A DNA stretch of 64,000 nucleotides. Source: a virus. Taxonomy: Duplodnaviria; Heunggongvirae; Uroviricota; Caudoviricetes. Location: IMG/VR virus record IMGVR_UViG_3300025121_000033; one strand, 5' to 3'. The number at the start of each line of letters is the position of its first letter. The stretch's first letter is position 1. Below, piece by piece: positions 18,159 through 27,258 of the stretch. A program made the position numbers and the translations under genes. Below the pieces are notes generated by a model, which made no database searches, was not told the DNA's origin, and worked only from the letters and a program-made list of their open reading frames with translations.

Positions 18159-18344
18159 ATGCGGGAAAAATGGCAAGTAAAAAATATTCATAAGAAATGT
18201 AAATTGTGCGGATTTAATATCTACGCAAAGTCTGGGAATAGAATATATTGCGATGACTGTCAGGCGGTGGCTTATAAAATAATACAACATTTCGCCGATC
18301 GAAGATATAAAACATTACAAAAAGAAAAGAGGAAAAAGCATTAG
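18159..18344 (+). CDS. Zinc-ribbon protein (CKLCG...CDDC).
   Basis: ORF. Confidence 0.4.
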   Translation: MREKWQVKNIHKKCKLCGFNIYAKSGNRIYCDDCQAVAYKIIQHFADRRYKTLQKEKRKKH

Positions 18345-18351
18345 CGCAATT

Positions 18352-18840
18352 ATGATTTTCTGCGGAATAGATCCTGGTTTGTCCGGGGCCATCGCGATGA
18401 TTACTGAGAGTAACGAAATTGTTGGCAAATTTAAGATGCCTACTATTAAGAACGTCAAAGGCAAGAACGAAATTGATTTAACTGAGGTTGTAAAGATTTT
18501 TCAAAATTACGAAATAATGTTCGCCATATTGGAAAGAGTCCACGCCATGCCGAAAAACGGCGCTGTCTCCATGTTCACGTTCGGGCGTAGTTTCGGGATG
18601 ATAGAAGGTGTTATCGCAGCGCTTAAGATCCCTTACGCGCTTGTGAGCCCACAGACTTGGCAGAAAGAGATTTTAAAAGACTTTAACAGAGACGACGATA
18701 GTAAACAAAGCAGTATCCTCCATGCAAAAAGGATGTTCCCTAAGGATGATTTTAGACCAACAGAGAGAGCGAAGGTGGACGACAGTAATATCACTGACGC
18801 TGTGAACATTGCTTTATACGCTAAACTAAAATTTAATTAA
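18352..18840 (+). CDS. RuvC-family Holliday-junction resolvase.
   Basis: N-terminal CGIDPGLSGAIAM and the general RuvC fold signature. Confidence 0.6.
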   Translation: MIFCGIDPGLSGAIAMITESNEIVGKFKMPTIKNVKGKNEIDLTEVVKIFQNYEIMFAILERVHAMPKNGAVSMFTFGRSFGMIEGVIAALKIPYALVSPQTWQKEILKDFNRDDDSKQSSILHAKRMFPKDDFRPTERAKVDDSNITDAVNIALYAKLKFN

Positions 18841-18921
18841 TATTTAAGGGAAGTTATAAGCAAGTTACTTCTTGGATGAAAAACACTTACTTAATTTTTC
18901 TCCCTTTTTAAAATAAAACAT

Positions 18922-20385
18922 ATGAAATTTCGATCGGGGAAATCAGTCGGTCAAAAAACTGTCAACTTAGCAGGCGGAGAAGCATTCAAGCAATCTCCTG
19001 AACTTGAATTGGTGTCTCTGCTTTTGACTTCGTTTGTAAAAGATAAATTTTACGAATCAGGCAATGACCAATTAGACAGATTGGCGTTGATCGTTAATAA
19101 ATTAGCTGATAAGAAATTCGCCGGTCAAGCCGCGATTTATGCGCGTAACGAATTTGGCATGCGCAGTATCACCCACGCTTTGATTGGCGAGATTGTCCAT
19201 ATTGTTAAAGGCCAAGAGTGGGTGAAGAACGCGGTAACGCGCACTGTGAAGCGCCCCGATGATATGCTTGAGATGTTGGGCTACTTTGGCTCAAAACATT
19301 CTGATAGTGCCATTCCGAATTCTTTAAAGAAAGGGCTGCGTTTGGCGGTAGGCAAATTCGATGCTTACCAGCTGACTAAATACAAAAGCTCCAGATCGGA
19401 TGTAAAAATGGTAGACTTGTTTAACCTCGTCCACCCTAAACCGGTGGATAGTAGGGCTGCTGATGTTTATTCCAAATTAATTAATGGCGAATTAAAAAAC
19501 ACTGAGACTTGGGAAGCTAAACTTTCCAGTGCCGGCCAAGAAGTAAAAGAAATGGCCGATGGTGCTGATAAGGAAGAGAAGCTGTCTGAGTTAAAAGAGA
19601 GTGCATGGCAAGAATTGTTAGAGAGTAAAAAGTTGGGCTACTTCGCTTTATTGCGCAACTTGCGCAATATCAGTCAGCAAGCGCCTAAACTTATTCCGCT
19701 TGCGATTGAGCAACTCCTTAACAAAGAAGCCATTCAGAAATCCCTGGTAATGCCTTTCCGCTTCCAAACGGCTTACAAAGAACTGGATGAGGCCGGTGTA
19801 AGTCGAAAGTTATTGGATGCGCTAAACGATGCGACCGAACTGTCACTCTCTAATGTGCCGAAATTCGCTGGTAAGACTTTGATAGTCCTCGACACCAGCG
19901 GTTCGATGCAGGGCGATCCGTTAGACATTGGTTCATTATTTGGCGCGGTGTTGTTTAAAGCAAACGCTGACGCAGATTTAATGACGTTTGATGACGACGC
20001 TCGGTATGAGAAAGGCATCAGCGGTAAAGATTCGCTCTTGACGATCGCTGAGAAGTTGCGCAAACACGACGGTGGCTCAACCAACTTCCACGATATATTC
20101 ATTAAGGCTAAAGAGAAGTATGATCGGATCGTGATTCTGTCTGATATGCAAGGGTGGAGCGGTGGCTACGACAACCCTACTGGAGATTTGCAAACTTATA
20201 ATAAAAAGTTTGGTGCCGATCCGTTCATTTATTCGTTTGATTTAGAAGGACACGGTACGCTCCAATTCCCTGAGAATAAGATTTTCTGTATTGCTGGTTG
20301 GTCTGATAAAATCTTAGGGGTAATGGCGCTTCTGGAAGAAGACAAAAACGCGTTAGTCAATAAAATAAAAGCAATAGTACTTTAA
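18922..20385 (+). CDS. rsr: Ro60 orthologue (Rsr): TROVE domain plus C-terminal vWA domain.
   Basis: ALLRNL, PFRFQTAYKEL, MIDAS motif LIVLDTSGSMQG, GGSTNF and IVILSDMQGWSGG align with human Ro60 ALLRNLGKM, HPFHILIALETY, LLAVDVSASMNQ, GGTDCS and IVFTDNETFAGG. Confidence 0.8.
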   Translation: MKFRSGKSVGQKTVNLAGGEAFKQSPELELVSLLLTSFVKDKFYESGNDQLDRLALIVNKLADKKFAGQAAIYARNEFGMRSITHALIGEIVHIVKGQEWVKNAVTRTVKRPDDMLEMLGYFGSKHSDSAIPNSLKKGLRLAVGKFDAYQLTKYKSSRSDVKMVDLFNLVHPKPVDSRAADVYSKLINGELKNTETWEAKLSSAGQEVKEMADGADKEEKLSELKESAWQELLESKKLGYFALLRNLRNISQQAPKLIPLAIEQLLNKEAIQKSLVMPFRFQTAYKELDEAGVSRKLLDALNDATELSLSNVPKFAGKTLIVLDTSGSMQGDPLDIGSLFGAVLFKANADADLMTFDDDARYEKGISGKDSLLTIAEKLRKHDGGSTNFHDIFIKAKEKYDRIVILSDMQGWSGGYDNPTGDLQTYNKKFGADPFIYSFDLEGHGTLQFPENKIFCIAGWSDKILGVMALLEEDKNALVNKIKAIVL

Positions 20386-20388
20386 AAT

Positions 20389-20630
20389 TTACGGAGGCAG
20401 CTAAGCCAGGATTTCCTCGAATTACTTTCATAAAGTTATTCTAACGCTTCGGCGTAAGAACTCTTATTGTTCTATGGTAGGTATCAAAAGACCCCGATCG
20501 ATTGATATCTCCTTACCGGAAAGTCGCCCGAAAGGGTGACCGACCAAAGTGAAGCGTGCAGAGCAATCTGTATCGCTTCGAGCACAGGTAGCGCGATAGC
20601 TCCAGTCCTGACTGCCTTTCTCCTCCGTAA
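20389..20630 (+). ncRNA. Structured non-coding RNA domain closed by a 9-bp terminal helix (20389-20397 / 20622-30). It contains C(UUCG)G and GNRA hairpins and is a candidate Y-RNA-like module.
   Basis: No ORF. ttacggagg pairs with cctccgtaa. Hairpins at 20444-20455 (acgc-UUCG-gcgt) and 20523-20540 (gtcgccc-GAAA-gggtgac). Confidence 0.3.
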
Positions 20631-20641
20631 AAATCGATTTT

Positions 20642-20767
20642 CTGGGTAGCGATAGAAAAGTTACTTCGACTTATAATCGAGTGGTCGCTTGTTCGAGTCA
20701 AGCCGGCGCCTTCGGGAGCCGTAGCTCAGTTGGTAGAGCACTTTTACTTTTCTAGATTTTCTCCCAG
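20642..20767 (+). ncRNA. YrlA-like candidate Y RNA. A permuted tRNA-like module (T-arm 20687-20703; acceptor-like stem closed by a UUCG loop 20704-20721; D-arm 20722-20739) sits on a long stem (20642-61 / 20746-67).
   Basis: GGAGCCG-UA-GCUC-AGUUGGUA-GAGC is a canonical tRNA 5' half. GCTTG-TTCGAGT-CAAGC is a canonical T-arm and lies immediately upstream. There is no anticodon arm. The position is right next to rsr. Confidence 0.45.
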
Positions 20768-20781
20768 TTTAAAAATAAATT

Positions 20782-21168
20782 ATGTTTAGACGAATTAAAT
20801 ATTTTATCCAGAGAGGGCGGCGCGGATATAGCGACGAAGATCTTTGGGATTTCGACAGTTATTTATCTAGTATGATTGCTCCGGCGCTTAGGCATCTCGC
20901 GAAGAAGTCATTCGGGTGCCCAAGCGACTTATATGATAAAGATAAGAAAAATGATGAGTGCCATCGGTGGAAGGAGATATTAGAAGAAATGGCACAAGGA
21001 TTTGACGCCGTGCGTTCGTTAAAAGGGACAGGTATATTACATTATGAGAAGCAGGATAATGGCGCTTTAAAGATTACGGTAGATGAGAATCGCCAAAAAA
21101 ACTTGTCTGATAAATTTAATAAAGGGATGCAGTTATTTAGCCAATATTTTTTAGGACTTTGGGACTAA
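20782..21168 (+). CDS. Hypothetical protein (128 aa).
   Basis: ORF. Confidence 0.5.
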   Translation: MFRRIKYFIQRGRRGYSDEDLWDFDSYLSSMIAPALRHLAKKSFGCPSDLYDKDKKNDECHRWKEILEEMAQGFDAVRSLKGTGILHYEKQDNGALKITVDENRQKNLSDKFNKGMQLFSQYFLGLWD

Positions 21169-21169
21169 T

Positions 21170-21436
21170 ATGGTAGTTGTTAACACAAAACAAGATCTAA
21201 AGGAAATTGATAGCGCCTACGCACAAGCAGTGGCGCATTTTAAACCCGTGTTTGGCAACACGCGGCACATCCAAATTGTCGAGTCGCTCAACGAACTGGG
21301 TAAATTAGAAAGAGAGCATGCTAATAAGAAAAAACAAGCTGAGGGTATCACGGCCTTAGAAAAGAAGATCGCCTTTCTCAAAAGCCAAATCACTTGGCTG
21401 AAGCAGGAAGACGATAAAAACTTATCCACAGCTTAG
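21170..21436 (+). CDS. Hypothetical coiled-coil protein (88 aa).
   Basis: ORF. Confidence 0.45.
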   Translation: MVVVNTKQDLKEIDSAYAQAVAHFKPVFGNTRHIQIVESLNELGKLEREHANKKKQAEGITALEKKIAFLKSQITWLKQEDDKNLSTA

Positions 21437-21468
21437 CACTTGACAAGTAAAGAAAAATGTGATATAAT
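21422..21468 (+). promoter_or_regulatory. Consensus promoter copy 4: box 21422-21430, TTGACA 21440-21445, 17-nt spacer, TGTGaTATAAT 21458-21468.
   Basis: Exact match to the promoter family. It overlaps the 3' end of the preceding ORF. Confidence 0.7.
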
Positions 21469-21498
21469 ATACGTGTTAGAAATTAACTTATATAGCGT

Positions 21499-21873
21499 AT
21501 GTTTATAAAAAAAGGAACAGGCGAGGATCTAGTTGACCAAGTAAAAAGGTTAGCCGAAAATGCGACTCCAGAAGACATGAAGAAAATGGAGAAGGAGCTT
21601 GATAGTGAGTTCAGCGGAATGGGCTCTGTGGACAGGGTTAAAACATTAATGAGGATACTTAGGAGGATGGGCGTACCACCGCATGAATTATTGATTGTTG
21701 CTTACGGGATGGTATTAGAATTATCATTATTAGACGATGTGGTAACGCCAAAAATAAAATTGTATCACTCTAAATTTATAGAGGGTAACAAATGTGTCAT
21801 AGAGAACTTTAAAGAAAGTATAGAAAAAATTTATAAAAAATCTGCCGCCACCGGCAGGGAAAAGAAAAAATAA
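21499..21873 (+). CDS. Hypothetical protein (124 aa).
   Basis: ORF. Confidence 0.5.
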   Translation: MFIKKGTGEDLVDQVKRLAENATPEDMKKMEKELDSEFSGMGSVDRVKTLMRILRRMGVPPHELLIVAYGMVLELSLLDDVVTPKIKLYHSKFIEGNKCVIENFKESIEKIYKKSAATGREKKK

Positions 21874-21876
21874 TGT

Positions 21877-22596
21877 ATGTCATTACCAAATTTGTTCGAT
21901 GACAAGTATAAGGTGAAGATGGGTATCTGGGACTATCGCAAACTCCCGGTCGGCTCACGGTTCACCGGTACGCTCGTTTGTAAGCGTACTGTGCCAGATA
22001 ATTATCACCCTGGCCAAGACCAGATGGTCTACGACTTCAAAAGCGAAACAGGAGACGTTGTGTCAGTGTTCGGCAAACCTTTGATTGACATGCGCATGAA
22101 AACTGTCCGGTTGGGCCAAATAGTGGCTATGGAATATAAAGGAGAATCAACCAAGAAAAAGCCAGGCATGCAGCCGGCCAAGATCGTCGAGATTTATTCT
22201 GACCCAAAACTTGTCGATGAGGAGTGGTTAAAAGAACAAGAAGAAATCAACGGCGCTGAAGAAATCGCTGCTGAATTCGGCGGAGAAGTGGTACAGCCAC
22301 AGACCCAATCCTTTAATCCGCCAGGTCCTGAACCAGACTTTATGGCAGGGGTCGGGGCTAATAACCCGATGGCAGGTGTTAAAGTTACAGCCGGCGCTGG
22401 AACATTGTCGGGCCCAAGCGTAACCGCTTCTACAGCAACTGCCGCTGACCCTAAACTGGCTACAATCATAAAATTGGCAAAAGAGAAAATCCCCGGTACG
22501 ACTGACGCAAATTACAAAAAGCAAGTCATGGACGCTACTGGGATTGCTTTCTTAACTCAAAACCTGGACAAGATAATTGAAGTATTATCAGCCTAA
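21877..22596 (+). CDS. Hypothetical protein (239 aa). It carries the acidic motif AEFGGEVVQ also seen at the C-terminus of the primase-helicase, and could be an SSB-like accessory factor.
   Basis: ORF. The shared EFGGEVV motif is the only evidence for a functional link. Confidence 0.5.
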   Translation: MSLPNLFDDKYKVKMGIWDYRKLPVGSRFTGTLVCKRTVPDNYHPGQDQMVYDFKSETGDVVSVFGKPLIDMRMKTVRLGQIVAMEYKGESTKKKPGMQPAKIVEIYSDPKLVDEEWLKEQEEINGAEEIAAEFGGEVVQPQTQSFNPPGPEPDFMAGVGANNPMAGVKVTAGAGTLSGPSVTASTATAADPKLATIIKLAKEKIPGTTDANYKKQVMDATGIAFLTQNLDKIIEVLSA

Positions 22597-22623
22597 AAAC
22601 ACTACGGGCTCCGGGTCCACAAG

Positions 22624-22660
22624 ATATGGGGCGCGAGTAATTTCCGCCCCATATTTTAAA
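22624..22660 (+). terminator. Rho-independent terminator: 10-bp stem atatggggcg / cgccccatat, then a T-run.
   Basis: Perfect inverted repeat followed by ttttaaaaaa. Confidence 0.7.
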
Positions 22661-22668
22661 AAATAGAT

Positions 22669-23712
22669 ATGTCAAATAAGGTATTAATTGTCGGAGATTT
22701 ACATTTTAAGGACAGGCGCGGTTACGCCGATTACATAGAAGATGGCCGTGAATCAGAGCAAGCTCAGGTGCTGAGCGCGATTGTCGAAGCCGCTAATGAT
22801 TGCGATAGAGTCGTATTTCTTGGCGATCAATTAAATAGTTTGAATAACAGCTCATCCGTAATTAATAAATTCGTTAACTTCATAGAACGCTTCGGCAATA
22901 AAAGACTATTCATCCTACTCGGTAATCACGACAGAAAACCGGGTAAAGTATCTGCGTTGAATTTCCTTAGCGAAATAACCGGTAAGAATTGGAAATTGGT
23001 TATTGACGATGTCTACTCAGAAGACGGATTAACGTTCTGCCCACATCTCTACCGCTCAGAACTCGGCACAAACGACAACGCGGAAGCAGCAAAGGCAATA
23101 CTGGATAAATTACCAGACGGCGATGTCTTATTCGCCCACCATGCCATCTCTGATATTAATATGGCGTCAGGCGTATCGACGAGTCTCTTCGACGAACCTG
23201 TGCTGAATAAACAAGCCCTCAGTAAGAAATTCAAAGTCACCTTCGCCGGCCATATCCACTCTTCGCACTTTAAATATCCGCAAGATAATGTGATAATGAC
23301 AGGCAGTATCTTTAATGATGAATGTGGCGAACACGGGAAATTCGTTTATAAATTAGATACAAGCGACTTCTCCGTGGAACAAATCCTCTTGCCTGGGCGC
23401 GGCATCTACAAACTGGAAAACCCAATAGAAAAAGATTTTGTCGATTTGCCTCAGAAGTCTATTCTGAAAGTCGTGTTAACCCAACGCTTATCAGCGGAAG
23501 AAATGGAGGCGCTAAAGAAAAGATTACGCTCATTCGAGACGTTTATCCTGTTGGAACAGTACCCGACTGAACGCCGTAAAATTGAATTAAAAGAGGGGCA
23601 GAACATCTTAACGATGGAGACGGAGGAATTATTAAATATTTATGCCAAGCAGAATAAGCTCGATCCGAGTTTACTGTTATCTGGCTGGAAATTAATTAAC
23701 ACATATGAATAA
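22669..23712 (+). CDS. sbcD: SbcD/Mre11-like calcineurin-type phosphoesterase nuclease.
   Basis: VGDLHF, FLGDQLN, LLGNHD and GHIHSS are metallophosphatase motifs. An SbcC-like ATPase is encoded 0.5 kb downstream. Confidence 0.65.
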   Translation: MSNKVLIVGDLHFKDRRGYADYIEDGRESEQAQVLSAIVEAANDCDRVVFLGDQLNSLNNSSSVINKFVNFIERFGNKRLFILLGNHDRKPGKVSALNFLSEITGKNWKLVIDDVYSEDGLTFCPHLYRSELGTNDNAEAAKAILDKLPDGDVLFAHHAISDINMASGVSTSLFDEPVLNKQALSKKFKVTFAGHIHSSHFKYPQDNVIMTGSIFNDECGEHGKFVYKLDTSDFSVEQILLPGRGIYKLENPIEKDFVDLPQKSILKVVLTQRLSAEEMEALKKRLRSFETFILLEQYPTERRKIELKEGQNILTMETEELLNIYAKQNKLDPSLLLSGWKLINTYE

Positions 23713-23935
23713 AGCTAAAAAAACCACCGGCATGTCCAAATTTGATAAGGAAGTTGTCGCTTCAGTAATCCATAACGAATTGGTTGAATTAACCAGTCGT
23801 GTATTTGGTAAGGACTCGGCTAAAGGCACGCTTAGTTCCACAATGTTCACCTTCGCGGAAGGGCTGGCGGAACGTATCGACAAGACGCTCATTATGAATC
23901 ATAATGTCAGCAAAGTTAGATCTAAAACTAAATAG
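23705..23935 (+). CDS. Hypothetical protein (76 aa).
   Basis: ORF. Confidence 0.35.
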   Translation: MNKAKKTTGMSKFDKEVVASVIHNELVELTSRVFGKDSAKGTLSSTMFTFAEGLAERIDKTLIMNHNVSKVRSKTK

Positions 23936-24218
23936 TATGGCCGATAACGTAATTAAAACAGTCCAGATGGTTAAATGCCCAAGTTGTGACGCTGAGTTCT
24001 TTGCTCAGAGTAAATTCGGTATCTTCGGTATCGCAAGCGTGAAGACGAGAGAAGAGGTGGATAAATGTAAAATTGAACTACTTGAAAAAGTAAAGGGTGG
24101 CGAGATTTCCGGGAAAGTGTTGACACCCCAACAAAAAATTGATTTGGAGATGTGGCTGATTAACCCAGACAACATCTTACTACCGGAAGACGTAGATGAT
24201 TTCATTGCTAATATATGA
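23904..24218 (+). CDS. Hypothetical protein (104 aa).
   Basis: ORF. Confidence 0.4.
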   Translation: MSAKLDLKLNSMADNVIKTVQMVKCPSCDAEFFAQSKFGIFGIASVKTREEVDKCKIELLEKVKGGEISGKVLTPQQKIDLEMWLINPDNILLPEDVDDFIANI

Positions 24219-26329
24219 TGATTATAGAGGAGGTAAAATTAAAGAACTTTTTGTCCCACGGTGATACTACCGTGTCTCTTCAGGATGGGCAAAAAGTGCT
24301 TATTGATGGCGCGTCAGGCGCAGGGAAATCGTCTATTGTAGACGCGCTCGTCTGGGGTCTTTACGGCGAAGGCCGCTCAGACAATCGCTCGCTGGTTAAA
24401 AAAGGTAAAAAGTCTTGTGAGGTACAAATCAACTTAAAGAACGGCGAAAGCCGCTTTCAGGTTAACCGCACAGCGTCCGCGGCTGGTAAGCATACTTTAG
24501 AAGTATACGAACATGACGGCGCAGATTTTAAACCGGTGAAGGTGAGCGGTGTGCGCTATACTCAAGAGTATATTGAGAAGCATGTGACGAAGGCATCACA
24601 CCTCCTTTTTATTAATTCGGTCATCTGCCCACAAGAAAATACCCAGAGCTTCATCAAACAAACTGCGCAGAACCGTAAAGACATCATCTTGGAAATAATC
24701 CGCGCGTCTGATTATGACGAATACCACGAGAAAGCCAAGAAGTTTTTGAAAGATAAAACTCAGGAAACTGAATTGCTTCGCGCTGAGTTGGTTGAAAAAG
24801 AATCATTTAAAAAAGATAATGAGCAGTTGCTTAGTAGAAAAAGTAAACTGAGGGAAGATTTACCTGCTGCGACTGAAGCGTTGGAGTGTCTTTATAAAGA
24901 AAAACAGGCCATGCAAGAGGTACAAAAACAAGATAATGATAACCGTGTAGAGATTGCAAAGCTTGAAAGCTCAGTTAAAGTATATGAGTCGTCTATCAAT
25001 AATACAAATACGCAGATAAAAGGGTTAGAAGAGTATATTCTTGCGTCAGATTACTTCTTCCACCCGGCCAAAGTAGATCAATTGAAAGCTGACATCAAAC
25101 TTCTAAGTGAAAAAGATGCTATTTTAAAAGAGTTGGCCGACCAGAGAAACGCACTGGCAGAATGGTCAGCAGAAGAGGCGAAAATTAATTCCTTAAAACC
25201 ATCTGAATGGCAAACCTCGTCACTAGACAAAGAGATTTCTGAACTTAATACTACGATCATATCACTGATGAACGAAGCGGAAAAAATTTGCCCTCTTAAT
25301 CATACCCATTGCCCATCAGCTGTCGAACAGTCTCAAAAAAACATTGATTTTTGTGCAAAATCACTGGCTGGAAAAGAGGCACAGAAAAAGGAGTATGAAG
25401 CAGCTGCTATTAATTGGCAAAATAGAATGGTTGAGCTTGGGCACAAACCGGAATACGACAAAGAAAAATTCAAAGAAATTTCAGCTGATATTAGAAAATT
25501 ATCTTTGGCCAGAGAAGAATTCGACGCTTTCGAGGCAAAACGATCTGAATACGATATAAAAAAATCTGAACTAGGATGTGCGAAAAGATTACTTGAGGAT
25601 GCAAAATCCAAAATGGAAACAGACACAAAGAAGATGTCTGAATTGCGCAAATTATTACGTAAAGGAATTGATAATGAAATCGCGGCGATAGAAAATAGAA
25701 TCTATCATTTTAATTCTCAATTATCTGCTGTCAAAAAAGAACTTGAAATCATCGCGCAAATTGAACCGGCTTACGACAAGGCAGTGGCGCGTATTGACGA
25801 GATAGGCAAACTTGTATACACTATTAATGAAGACATCTCCGCAGTCGCAGCGGTGAAAGAGGCGTTCGGAAACAGCGGCATCAAATCTATCATGGTAGAT
25901 TACGTGCTGCCTGAATTGGAAGGCAGAATCAACGATGTGCTGGAGAAGATGTCTGATTTCAGAATTACAATAGAGACGCAGAAAGATAGCGCTGATGGCG
26001 AATCGCTAATAGATGGGTTATTCTTAACCATCACGAATGGGCAGGGTGAGACGTTCGACTTGGCTAATTACAGCGGTGGCGAGAAGATGAAGATTAACAT
26101 GGCTATTTCTGAGGGCTTAGCGAGTTTGCAACAGGTGGGCTTCAGAGTGCTGGATGAAAGTATCACAGGGCTCGACAACTCTACTGTAGAGAGCTTTATG
26201 GAGATACTTGAGACCATCCAGAGCCGTTTTAGCCAGTTGGTGTGTATCAGCCATCTCCCAGCTGTGAAAGACATGTTCCACGACAAAATCCATGTGGTAA
26301 AATTAAACGGGGATTCAGTGATAAAATAA
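24215..26329 (+). CDS. sbcC: SbcC/Rad50-like SMC ATPase.
   Basis: Walker A LIDGASGAGKSSIVDAL, long coiled coils, a central CPLNHTHCP zinc hook, and C-terminal signature / Walker B YSGGEKMK...VLDESITGLD. Confidence 0.7.
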   Translation: MMIIEEVKLKNFLSHGDTTVSLQDGQKVLIDGASGAGKSSIVDALVWGLYGEGRSDNRSLVKKGKKSCEVQINLKNGESRFQVNRTASAAGKHTLEVYEHDGADFKPVKVSGVRYTQEYIEKHVTKASHLLFINSVICPQENTQSFIKQTAQNRKDIILEIIRASDYDEYHEKAKKFLKDKTQETELLRAELVEKESFKKDNEQLLSRKSKLREDLPAATEALECLYKEKQAMQEVQKQDNDNRVEIAKLESSVKVYESSINNTNTQIKGLEEYILASDYFFHPAKVDQLKADIKLLSEKDAILKELADQRNALAEWSAEEAKINSLKPSEWQTSSLDKEISELNTTIISLMNEAEKICPLNHTHCPSAVEQSQKNIDFCAKSLAGKEAQKKEYEAAAINWQNRMVELGHKPEYDKEKFKEISADIRKLSLAREEFDAFEAKRSEYDIKKSELGCAKRLLEDAKSKMETDTKKMSELRKLLRKGIDNEIAAIENRIYHFNSQLSAVKKELEIIAQIEPAYDKAVARIDEIGKLVYTINEDISAVAAVKEAFGNSGIKSIMVDYVLPELEGRINDVLEKMSDFRITIETQKDSADGESLIDGLFLTITNGQGETFDLANYSGGEKMKINMAISEGLASLQQVGFRVLDESITGLDNSTVESFMEILETIQSRFSQLVCISHLPAVKDMFHDKIHVVKLNGDSVIK

Positions 26330-26332
26330 TGT

Positions 26333-26752
26333 ATGCTTACCATTATCCAAAAAGTTATAAAAAAAGAAACTGAGCCGAAAGTTTACGCTATCGTTATTGA
26401 GAGCGAAATTGCTTCCGGCGTTTTGATGGTAGTAGACTATTGCTTAGAAGACGCAGCGAGACAGGCCAGAGAGATAGCCGGTGCCAAGTTCCAGCGCCAT
26501 CCTGAGTCATTCCGGATGGTCAATTACTCCTCCATGACTATCAGTGATTTAAAAAACAGCATTTTTAAAATGGAGATATCTGATTTAAAACCTGATACGG
26601 CTGAAAAAGGAAACAAGGTTGTCACTAACACGAATATGCTGATGCGCAAAATAATCGAAAATAAAGATGTTAAGCTCTTTGATAGAATCAAGGGTCGACT
26701 ATCAGAATCAGAGCGACTTTACATTCAAGAAAAATTATCATTATCTAAATAA
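26333..26752 (+). CDS. Hypothetical protein (139 aa).
   Basis: ORF. Confidence 0.45.
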   Translation: MLTIIQKVIKKETEPKVYAIVIESEIASGVLMVVDYCLEDAARQAREIAGAKFQRHPESFRMVNYSSMTISDLKNSIFKMEISDLKPDTAEKGNKVVTNTNMLMRKIIENKDVKLFDRIKGRLSESERLYIQEKLSLSK

Positions 26753-26760
26753 TAAATACT

Positions 26761-27258
26761 ATGGAAAAAATATCATTAAAAGTGGGCTTGGTCGCTGATC
26801 TAGCGGCACTCGTTGATGGCCTTACCCCTAAAGATTTGGTTAACATGAAGGGCATTAGACTTTGCTCTAAGCTTACTAAGAGCTTGCGCGAAGTGGCTAA
26901 AGATTTAATCTCTAAATCTGAAGCGATTAACGACGAACGCGATGAGATCATAGAATCTTACCGCAAAAGATTTGAAACTGAGAGCGCTGCTTTGAAAAAC
27001 GAAGACGGTGGTGAAGCCACTGAAGCGCAAAAGAAAACATTAAGCGACACTCTGGCTGAAGAAATGAACAAAGAAATTCAGGCCAAGTTAAATGACAAAG
27101 TTAAAGAATATAACGAACAGGGCAAAACAGTTACAGAATTTGAATTGAGCCTGGATGAATATAAAAAACTGAAAGAATGGTTCGCTAATTTCTTAGTTGT
27201 CAAATACACTAACAAAGAAACTTGCGTCGAAGTAGCTGACGCTTTAAAAGTTGAATAA
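26761..27258 (+). CDS. Hypothetical protein (165 aa).
   Basis: ORF. Confidence 0.45.
   Translation: MEKISLKVGLVADLAALVDGLTPKDLVNMKGIRLCSKLTKSLREVAKDLISKSEAINDERDEIIESYRKRFETESAALKNEDGGEATEAQKKTLSDTLAEEMNKEIQAKLNDKVKEYNEQGKTVTEFELSLDEYKKLKEWFANFLVVKYTNKETCVEVADALKVE

Noticed and set aside
20715-20741. GGAGCCGTAGCTCAGTTGGTAGAGCAC looks like the 5' half of a genuine tRNA gene.
   Set aside because: No anticodon arm follows. The matching T-arm and 3' acceptor strand lie immediately upstream and are joined by a UUCG loop. It is therefore a permuted tRNA-like module, interpreted as a Y-RNA-like element, not a tRNA.
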